The notes under the pieces were generated by a model. The model was given only the letters and a program-made list of their open reading frames with translations. It had not been told where the DNA came from and did no database searches. Below are positions 8,494-15,714 of a stretch of DNA of 22,997 bases, piece by piece (the stretch's first letter is position 1; each line of letters starts with the position of its first letter). Source of the DNA: Caedimonas varicaedens (GTDB taxonomy: Bacteria; Pseudomonadota; Alphaproteobacteria; Caedimonadales; Caedimonadaceae); the NCBI GenBank assembly GCA_001192655.1, contig BBVC01000079.1:1-22997 (forward strand), given 5' to 3'. The position numbers and the translations under genes were made by a program.

Positions 8494-8821
8494 TTGAATG
8501 TCTTGCAGAGTGTAGATTTACGTCAACGGGTTGTTGATTTTATGAGAGGCGGCGGATTGAAGTCCGCGAACTCTCGTCGGTTTAAGGTCAGGACTTTGGT
8601 GTGTTTTGATTGGGTGAAGTGATGTGATTTGAGCCCTCGTAAAGTCACGTGTCATCAGCGCAAGCTGGGTTGAGAAGCCATGTTCATTCCTTTCCTGGTA
8701 CTCTTTTAAGGGAGCGGGCTCAGCATTTTCAGGTCACATTCATACCATTTGGTATGCTTTGCGCTGCATGAAACTAACCCATAAAAAACCACTCAAATAC
8801 GCGGAAAGAAACCACTGTTAA
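8494..8821 (+). pseudogene. IS630-family transposase N-terminal (HTH) remnant, multiply frameshifted and truncated
   Basis: 8494-8622 reads LNVLQSVDLRQRVVDFMRGGGLKSANSRRFKV...*. Further frames give ERAQHFQV and HTIWYALRCMKLTHKKPLKYAERNHC*. These match the conserved IS630 N-terminus (YSxDLRxRVV..., LxELAxxFxVSxxTIWxALKRxGxTxKKKTLxYxER). No DDE domain follows. Confidence 0.7.
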
Positions 8822-9033
8822 AAAGAGTACTATTAGAGACCCACCAACGCTTGAAACGGCATCTCTATAACTTGTAAAGGCTTATATTTTGCCAAGCGGC
8901 AAAGGATTAACCTCTGACAAATACGTCATAAAAGTCTGGAAAAAGGAACGGTTCATTATCAATCCTACTCATCAAACCATGGGACTATATAGCTAGGTAG
9001 CTTTTTGAAGAAGTTATATTTTGGCTGTTTTCT

Positions 9034-9108
9034 TGGTGGGCGCTACAGGGATTGAACCTGTGACCCCTACCATGTCAAGGTAGTGCTCTCCCGCTGAGCT
9101 AAGCGCCC
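9034..9108 (-). tRNA. tRNA-Val (anticodon GAC), encoded CCA end
   Basis: The reverse complement folds as a canonical cloverleaf: GGGCGCT TA GCTC AGCGGGA GAGC A CTACC TTGACAT GGTAG GGGTC ACAGG TTCAATC CCTGT AGCGCCC A CCA. All four stems are fully paired, the T-loop is TTCAATC, and the 7-nt anticodon loop has GAC at positions 34-36. Confidence 0.93.
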
Positions 9109-9202
9109 CACTTTCAGAATATGACGGAGATATACACTGGAACAATATAAAATTCAATAAGAAATAAGGAGTATCCTTTGCTTTTTTCAGGTTCTTAATC
9201 TG

Positions 9203-9802
9203 TTAAATCACCAGGTTTCGTCGCGCACGCAAGGCGGCACTGAGAGTGCCATCATCCAGATAATCAAGTTCGCCCCCAATAGGAACACCATGCGCAAGAG
9301 CTGTCACTTTAACTCCCGCCTCTTCCAAACGATCCACTAAATAGTGAGCGGTGGTTTGTCCATCAACAGTCGCGTTGAGAGCGAGAATAACTTCCTGGGC
9401 GCCTGTTTGTTGAAGACGTTCCAGCAACTGAGGGATTTTCAAATCTTCTGGTTGAGTTCCCTCAAGCGCAGAAAGGGTTCCTCCCAAAACATGATAACGC
9501 CCCCTGAAGCAGGCCGCTCGCTCAAGAGCCCAAAGATCCGCAACACTTTCAACCACACAAACAAGATGATGATCTCGCGACGGATCTGTACAAAGTTGAC
9601 AGGGATCGATCGTATCGTAATTTCCACATACGCGACAGGATCGGATGTGCTCTTCCACCAGTCCAAGAGCCTTGATAAGAGGACGCATCAACGTTTCCCG
9701 GTTCTTGAGCAAATGCAAGGCAGCACGCCTTCCTGAACGTGGACCCAATCCGGGCAGTTTTGCAAGGTGTTGAATGAGGATTTGAAGATCTTTACCGTAC
9801 AT
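9203..9802 (-). CDS. recR: Recombination mediator protein RecR (199 aa from the internal start)
   Basis: Recognisable elements are the HhH motif [20 protein letters not shown], the C4 zinc finger [16 protein letters not shown], the Toprim region [14 protein letters not shown] and the C-terminal [12 protein letters not shown]. The track ORF starts at 9901 and would overlap ybaB by about 100 nt. I chose the ATG at 9800-9802 ([18 protein letters not shown]), which lies 1 nt after the ybaB stop. Confidence 0.92.
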   Translation of the reverse strand: MYGKDLQILIQHLAKLPGLGPRSGRRAALHLLKNRETLMRPLIKALGLVEEHIRSCRVCGNYDTIDPCQLCTDPSRDHHLVCVVESVADLWALERAACFRGRYHVLGGTLSALEGTQPEDLKIPQLLERLQQTGAQEVILALNATVDGQTTAHYLVDRLEEAGVKVTALAHGVPIGGELDYLDDGTLSAALRARRNLVI

Positions 9803-9803
9803 C

Positions 9804-10127
9804 TTAAAAAGGTAACTGCATTCCACCAGGAAGCTTGAGACCCCCTGTAATTTTTGCCATCTCTTCGGAAACGCGAGCTTCTGCTTTTGCTTTGGCATCA
9901 TTGCAGGCCGCCATTATCAAGTCCTCAAGAATGTCAATTTCTTCAAGGTTCACAAGGTTGGGATCGATTTTAATTTTCCGCATTTCGCCTTTGCAATTCA
10001 TCGTCACCGTGATCATGGAACCACCAGAATGACCCTCTACCGTCAGATTTGCTAACTCTTCTTGCATTGTGGCCATTTTAGCCTGCATTTCTTGCGCCTG
10101 TTTCATCAGTTGCCCAATATTTTTCAT
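9804..10127 (-). CDS. ybaB: Nucleoid-associated protein YbaB/EbfC (107 aa)
   Basis: The N-terminus [25 protein letters not shown]...V.G.SGGG-like...VTMNCKGE...IKIDP is the conserved YbaB signature. The gene sits in the canonical position between dnaX and recR. Confidence 0.92.
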   Translation of the reverse strand: MKNIGQLMKQAQEMQAKMATMQEELANLTVEGHSGGSMITVTMNCKGEMRKIKIDPNLVNLEEIDILEDLIMAACNDAKAKAEARVSEEMAKITGGLKLPGGMQLPF

Positions 10128-10141
10128 TTTGTCTTCTCTCC

Positions 10142-11809
10142 TTAGGGATGATCTTCAATATAGTCTATCTCTGCGCCCGGGAAGGCCGTCAGAGCCGTTT
10201 GTATTAAAGGGTCTTCAAGCAATTGATTGTGAATCTCCCGGCGTTCTTTATCTACTTTTTCCCGTATAGTTGGCGCGCCCTGCTCATCACTGATTCTGAC
10301 ATTCCAGGATATGCCTGTCCATAGCGTCAGGAGATCCCGCAAACGTTTTGCCGTATCCTTGGGCACAGAAGAACGAAATCTCATATGGATTTCCCCTTGT
10401 TTATAGGAAATCAAATGTGCCTCATTTTCAAGATAACCCTTGAGAAGCATTTCACGTTTCTCATCGCATAAGGCCAGCAAAGCCTCAAAACTGTTGAGAA
10501 CAACTATTTTTTTTTCCTGGACTGGCAAAGGAGCTGAAGGTATTTCCCGAGATACTTGTGAAGGTAAAGACAATGAAGCAGGTGTCACCTTGATATTTTC
10601 TTTTAAACTTTGAATCACTTTATCTGGCGTAGGAAGATCTGCCAGATGGCAAAGTCTCAGAAGAGTAATTTCAACAGCCTGCTTGGCAGAAGGGGCAAGC
10701 GCAGCTTCTGTTAAGCCCTTGAGCAATACTTGCCAACACCTTGAAAGTATGGGAAAGGAAAGAGAGGAAACAACAGAAAGCGCTTCGGATCTTTGTTCTT
10801 CATTTAATCCAGGATAATCTCCGGTGATCACCTGGCTTTTTTTCAGCATGATCCAATGAGTAAAATCCAGCAAATCCTGAAGAATCATAAGTGGGTCTGA
10901 TCCTGCCAGATAGACTTTATGAAAATGAGACAGTGCCTCTTCAGGAATGCCTTGGATGCAAGCCTTAAACAACTTGAAAACAAAAGTACGATCACTCAAT
11001 CCTAACATATCCAGAACAGTGATTTCTTGGATTTTTCCTTCACACAAGGTCATCGCCTGATCAAGCAAAGAAAGCCCGTCACGCACCGAACCTTCTGCGG
11101 CGCGCGCAATCAGCGCCAAAGCTGCCGGCTCAATAAACATTCCCTCTTTTACCGTAATATCAGCAAAATAGGATATTAATATCTCAGGATCAATGCGTTG
11201 CAATTGAAGGCGCATACAGCGAGAAAGAACTGTTTCAGGAACTTTTCGCGGCTCAGTCGTCGCAAAAATAAACTTCACATGAGGGGGTGGCTCTTCCAGT
11301 GTCTTTAAAAATGCGTTAAAAGCATTTTTGGAAAGCATGTGGACTTCATCCACAATATAGACCTTGAAACGTGCAGAAACCGCCTTGTAACGAGTCCCTT
11401 CGATGATATCTCTCACATCATCAACACCGGTTCGGCTGGCAGCATCCATTTCAATAACGTCAATGTGCCGATCTTCGGCAATAGCCATGCAATGCTCGCA
11501 AACGCCACAAGGCGAAGGGGTGGGATCTCCCTGACCATCTGGTCCGATACAGTTTAAGGCTCGAGCAATAATACGCGCTGTGGTGGTTTTCCCCACGCCC
11601 CGAATGCCTGTCAAAATAAAGGCATGAGGCAATCGTCCCATGTGAATGCCGTTTGTCAGAACCTGTACCATCCCGTCCTGACCAATCATATCCTGAAAAG
11701 TTGAAGGACGATACTTCCGTGCCAGCACGCGATGAGGAGATTTTTGCAGGGAAGAAGAAACCATAAAAGGGCACAACACATTTTGGGGACTGATTCTGTT
11801 TGCTACCAT
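10142..11809 (-). CDS. dnaX: DNA polymerase III subunit tau (gamma/tau), DnaX (555 aa)
   Basis: Recognisable elements are VLARKYRPSTFQDMIGQ, Walker A GIRGVGKTTTARI, the Zn module CGVCEHCMAI, Walker B VYIVDEVHMLS and sensor motifs TLEEPP/FIFATTE/SRC. The start is ambiguous between 11809 and the in-frame ATG at 11764. Neither has an obvious Shine-Dalgarno sequence. Confidence 0.93.
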   Translation of the reverse strand: MVANRISPQNVLCPFMVSSSLQKSPHRVLARKYRPSTFQDMIGQDGMVQVLTNGIHMGRLPHAFILTGIRGVGKTTTARIIARALNCIGPDGQGDPTPSPCGVCEHCMAIAEDRHIDVIEMDAASRTGVDDVRDIIEGTRYKAVSARFKVYIVDEVHMLSKNAFNAFLKTLEEPPPHVKFIFATTEPRKVPETVLSRCMRLQLQRIDPEILISYFADITVKEGMFIEPAALALIARAAEGSVRDGLSLLDQAMTLCEGKIQEITVLDMLGLSDRTFVFKLFKACIQGIPEEALSHFHKVYLAGSDPLMILQDLLDFTHWIMLKKSQVITGDYPGLNEEQRSEALSVVSSLSFPILSRCWQVLLKGLTEAALAPSAKQAVEITLLRLCHLADLPTPDKVIQSLKENIKVTPASLSLPSQVSREIPSAPLPVQEKKIVVLNSFEALLALCDEKREMLLKGYLENEAHLISYKQGEIHMRFRSSVPKDTAKRLRDLLTLWTGISWNVRISDEQGAPTIREKVDKERREIHNQLLEDPLIQTALTAFPGAEIDYIEDHP

Positions 11810-11885
11810 AATTTCATCATGAGAACAAGGGAAGGACGAGAAACTTTTAAGCTAAAGATTTTTATTTTTTTACTTCCTTAAATGC

Positions 11886-11926
11886 TTAAAAAGTTGCCTG
11901 ACCTTCGCATAAGAAAGTCAGGCAAC
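11886..11926 (-). terminator. Rho-independent terminator downstream of the 262-aa secreted-protein gene
   Basis: A perfect 10-bp stem pairs GTTGCCTGAC (11893-11902) with GTCAGGCAAC (11917-11926) around a 14-nt loop. On the minus strand it is followed directly by TTTTT (11888-11892). It lies 46 nt below the stop at 11972 and upstream of the dnaX start. Confidence 0.6.
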
Positions 11927-11971
11927 ATAGAGAAAAAAGAGATTTTTTACATCCCTTTATAGCTCACTCCT

Positions 11972-12760
11972 TTATTTATGGAGCTTAGTACCCACGCAAT
12001 GAGCATTCGTTCCACTTTCAACAAACTCTTTAATATTAGCCTGTATCACAGTGCTTTCTTTTTCTTGTTCATTAGAGCCATCCATGTTTCTCATGAGGGT
12101 AATACTTAATAAATTATAAAAATTGGAAGTCACAGTGTGGTGACGATCTTTATAACTAGTATTAAGCCCGCGGACACACAATTCCTTCGTCACCGACGTA
12201 CACTCTGTCGCTTTTTTCACAAAGCGTCTTACATTTTCAGTTTTTGTCTGATAAAGAGCACTTTCTCTTTTTTTACAAATAGACTTATCAGGACGTTCAT
12301 ATTGAGCGTATTTAAAAACCGTTCCCCAAGACGTTAAAGGAACATTTTCACGTTCTTCTACTCCAGCAAGTTCCACATATGGATTTTTTTGCTCTCTACG
12401 ATAAGAACCAAGGGGTACAATATTATCTCCCAATATAACCTTGCATTGTACATCCTGCCAAGAAAAGAGGTCCTCATCCTGATGCTTCCAGGTCCTTGCG
12501 GCCACAATGACGTCAGATATTAATTTTCGTTTATCATCTCCCTGTGCACCACCGATCAGAACTTTAACGACCGAGTCGTCTTCAAAAATCTTGAAGCTCT
12601 TCTCTACGGTTGGCTGGGCAAGAAACTCTTCATCACTTAAAAGCGAAACCCTTGAAAGAACTGTAGAACCTTTGAATTCTTCCTGTTCAGAATTCGTCGC
12701 CAACACATTGGTTGTCCCTATAAACATTCCTATCAAAAATAAATACTTCATTTTAATCAT
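11972..12760 (-). CDS. Hypothetical secreted protein (262 aa), no recognisable family
   Basis: The signal peptide is MIKMKYLFLIGMFIGTTNVLA|TN. The mature part is charged and hydrophilic with six Cys residues. AT-rich intergenic regions flank the gene on both sides (216 nt upstream, 162 nt downstream) and it has its own terminator, so it is a monocistronic unit. Confidence 0.7.
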   Translation of the reverse strand: MIKMKYLFLIGMFIGTTNVLATNSEQEEFKGSTVLSRVSLLSDEEFLAQPTVEKSFKIFEDDSVVKVLIGGAQGDDKRKLISDVIVAARTWKHQDEDLFSWQDVQCKVILGDNIVPLGSYRREQKNPYVELAGVEERENVPLTSWGTVFKYAQYERPDKSICKKRESALYQTKTENVRRFVKKATECTSVTKELCVRGLNTSYKDRHHTVTSNFYNLLSITLMRNMDGSNEQEKESTVIQANIKEFVESGTNAHCVGTKLHK

Positions 12761-12976
12761 TGCACTCTATCCTCTATTAATAAGTTGCAAAAAAATATTT
12801 GACTAGATTCTCATAAAGTTTAAACAAAATTCAATATAAAAACAAGAATGAAATCTAATTAAGTTTATGAAAAATAATAATAACATTTCCTGCTTGCAGG
12901 CAAGTTCAGACTATGGAGAGAACAAATGACAATCTCTGTTAAAAAACGTTTGCACAAAAGTCTTTATCAATATCTC

Positions 12977-14758
12977 CTAGTGTTCCACGGTTATCGCAGA
13001 AGTGGATAATAAGTGTTTGTTTGGGTCGCTTATATTGAGTTGAATTTGCTTAAGCATTCCCCCCCACGAATCATTCAGAATTTGACTAAACACCTGGCTC
13101 AAGGCAAGCTCTCCCCCCAGCATAAGAGACAGCTGGTGAAAAAGGGACGTTGGTTTAGGAAGGTAAAGAATCTGGACAGTTTTCTTTTCCCAATCGGAAA
13201 GACCTGCCTCGGTTTTTGCCAACTCAATCGCGGTATTCAGGTCTCCCAACACATCCACCAGTCCCCATTGAAGAGCTTGCTCGCCCGTCCACACACGTCC
13301 CTTGGCAATTTGTTGCACATGTTCGGGCAAAAGATGCCGTCCCTGACAAACTTTCTGAATAAATGTTTGATAGATATGATCAATCATTCCTGTTATCCAT
13401 TTTTTTTCTTCAAGCGTATAGGGATGAATCATGCTCCATATAGTTGCGTTGGGAGAAGTTTGAACAGTATCCCATTGAACGCCTATATTCTCCCAAAACT
13501 TCTCTGAGGCGATTTTACCGAGAATAACGCCGATTGACCCTGTCATCGTTCCTGGATTTGCCACAATTTTGTTTGCTGGCGTCGCGATCCAATACCCCCC
13601 TGATGCCGCGACATCCCCCATAGATACAATAAGAGTTTTTTTGGCTTCCCGCACTTTTTTCAAGGCATACCAAAGTTTATCAGAAGCGAGCGGCGATCCA
13701 CCCGGACAATCAATGCGAAAAACGATCGCTTTTATGGTCGGATCTTTAATGGCTTGATTCAGAGACTCTGTAATCTCTTCTGTATCCATGCTTGCACCTG
13801 AAAAAAGAAAATTGGATTTTTGAGCTTCTCTCAAAATCATGCCATTGGCAAAAATGACCGCAATTTTAGCATCAGATGATGAACTGGTTTGTTGTTTCAA
13901 TGGATATTGATGAAAGGCAATTAAATTTATATCTTTGCCTAATTTTTGTTCCAAATGATGATAAACGCCATCCTTATAAGAAACTTTATCGATCAGTCCA
14001 TCCTGAACAGCACTTTCCAGGTTAAAAATAGGCGCCTGGTTTATGGCGTCCAAAACAGCCGTTTCACTGAGATCCCGTTCTTGTGCAATTCCAGTGACCA
14101 TTTGCTTGAGAAAAGAATTTAGCATCTCCTGGGTTGCCTGCTGATTGGCTGGTGTCAAACCAGGTTCCCTGGCAAAATCATAGGCTGTCTTATATTCTTC
14201 ACGGGTTTCAATCTCAGGAGAAATTCCCAGATGATCCAGCAGCTTTCGTCCAAAAGGCTGAATAACCGCTAAACCCGTAATATTCAATAATCCCAGAGGC
14301 TGCATCCAGATTTCATCAAAAACAGAAGCAAAATAATAAGCACCCATGCCGGATGAAAGCTCGCCAAACGTGTCATTATAGACAATCGCATACTTTCCTG
14401 CCTTGCGAAAAGCGCGGATTGAGTTTCGAAGCTCCTGGATTTGCGCGATACCTGTAAAAGAAGCCTTTTCCATATGAACAAGCAGCCCCTTGATATTAGG
14501 GTCTTGGCGCGCAGACTGTAAAATATCTATAAAATCCCTCAACGACGCTGTTGATGTTTTTTGGAAGGGAAATCCCCGCGAAAGAGGTCGTTCCTGTAAA
14601 TTGTGCTCCAGTTTTAGTTCCAGAACAGTGTTGGGCTTAATTTCAGCAAAATTCGGCCGCATTAATTGATAAACAGAAAAGGACAGAAAGAGAAGTAAAA
14701 GAAGAAAAGAGAACCCTAATGAACATAAGATGCCAACAATAAATTTTTTGACCATCAC
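12977..14758 (-). CDS. sppA: Signal peptide peptidase SppA, 67K (two-domain) type (593 aa)
   Basis: It has an N-terminal membrane anchor, IVGILCSLGFSFLLLLLFLSFSVY, followed by tandem ClpP/crotonase-like S49 domains. The C-terminal domain carries the nucleophile motif MGDVAASGGYWIA. Confidence 0.9.
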   Translation of the reverse strand: MMVKKFIVGILCSLGFSFLLLLLFLSFSVYQLMRPNFAEIKPNTVLELKLEHNLQERPLSRGFPFQKTSTASLRDFIDILQSARQDPNIKGLLVHMEKASFTGIAQIQELRNSIRAFRKAGKYAIVYNDTFGELSSGMGAYYFASVFDEIWMQPLGLLNITGLAVIQPFGRKLLDHLGISPEIETREEYKTAYDFAREPGLTPANQQATQEMLNSFLKQMVTGIAQERDLSETAVLDAINQAPIFNLESAVQDGLIDKVSYKDGVYHHLEQKLGKDINLIAFHQYPLKQQTSSSSDAKIAVIFANGMILREAQKSNFLFSGASMDTEEITESLNQAIKDPTIKAIVFRIDCPGGSPLASDKLWYALKKVREAKKTLIVSMGDVAASGGYWIATPANKIVANPGTMTGSIGVILGKIASEKFWENIGVQWDTVQTSPNATIWSMIHPYTLEEKKWITGMIDHIYQTFIQKVCQGRHLLPEHVQQIAKGRVWTGEQALQWGLVDVLGDLNTAIELAKTEAGLSDWEKKTVQILYLPKPTSLFHQLSLMLGGELALSQVFSQILNDSWGGMLKQIQLNISDPNKHLLSTSAITVEH

Positions 14759-14778
14759 AAGAGCCCTCCTGATATGTT

Positions 14779-15600
14779 TTATGCGGGAGCAATTTCTTCT
14801 TTTATAACTGTAATATCAGGCGCATCAATAGACTTCATCCCAACAACATGATATCCATTATCCACATGCAGCACCTCTCCCGTAACGCCTGAAGAAAGTT
14901 CGCTCAATAAATAAAGCGCTGATCGCCCAACATCGTCCAAAGTAATATTGCGATGCAGCGGAGCATTATATTGGTTCCACTTTAAAATATAACGAAAGTC
15001 GCCAATTCCTGATGCTGCCAGTGTTTTTACAGGACCCGCTGACAACGCATTGACGCGAAGATTATGAACGCCAAGATCTGCCGCCAGATATCTAACACTT
15101 GCTTCAAGAGCAGCCTTTGCCACACCCATAACGTTATAATGGGGCATAACTTTCTCTGCTCCATAATAGGTAAGCGTCAAAAAGCTTCCCCCTGCGTTCA
15201 TAAGAGGTGCACTGTGACGACACACCGACGTAAAGGAATAACAGGAAATATCCAGTGATGTCAGAAAATTGCGACGTGATGTATCAATATATTTCCCTTT
15301 TAACTCTTCACGATCAGAAAAAGCAATGGCATGGACGACAAAATCCAGCGTTCCCCATTCTTTTTTTAAATTTTTAAAAACTTCTTCAACTTGTTCCTCT
15401 TCACCAACATCACACGGCAAGACAAGAGAAGAGCCAACAGATTGCGCCAGCGGCTCAACGCGTCGTTTTAAGGTGTCTCCTTGATAAGTAAAAGCAAGAG
15501 AGGCGCCGTGAGAAGCGAGCGTCTTGGCAATTCCCCATCCCAATGAATGGTCATTTGCCACGCCCATAATCAATCCCTTTTTCCCTGTCATCAATGACAT
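14779..15600 (-). CDS. fabI: Enoyl-[acyl-carrier-protein] reductase (NADH) FabI (273 aa), canonical copy
   Basis: The dinucleotide-binding N-terminus is [21 protein letters not shown]. The catalytic segment [24 protein letters not shown] has Tyr...Tyr-x6-Lys as in E. coli FabI ([23 protein letters not shown]). [16 protein letters not shown] is also present. A GAGGAG RBS sits 9 nt upstream. Confidence 0.92.
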   Translation of the reverse strand: [273 protein letters not shown]

Positions 15601-15714
15601 TCACTCATTCTCCTCACATCACGGGGTTAAAGAAAGCTTTCCATCATGAATGATCTTGAAGCAGAATCCAAGAAAGAATTCAAGAGATTTGCTTTAATGC
15701 TTCTTTGTAAAAGC

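Noticed and set aside
7843-9041. Recurrence of TTGGTGGG / CCCACCAA at 7845-7852 (+), about 8839-8846 (inverted) and 9033-9040 (tRNA-Val 3' end). I considered these as att-site direct repeats of an island integrated into the tRNA.
   Set aside because: The matches are only 8-10 nt and one is in the wrong orientation. The sequence after the shared octamer at 7853 onward does not continue the tRNA, and no T-arm can be folded. No integrase gene is present. This is most likely chance or IS-end debris.
9803-9901. An N-terminal extension of the recR ORF. The track start at 9901 gives 232 aa.
   Set aside because: The extension would overlap ybaB by about 100 nt and adds non-conserved sequence. The conserved RecR N-terminus starts at the ATG at 9800-9802, 1 nt after the ybaB stop.
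13013-13507. A 164-aa plus-strand ORF inside sppA. Similar internal or antisense ORFs occur at 2307-2707, 2971-3267, 9344-9736, 11339-11774, 15064-15484, 15931-16305, 17870-18184 and 18976-19326.
   Set aside because: All are embedded in or antisense to genes with clear family signatures. None has domain motifs of its own.
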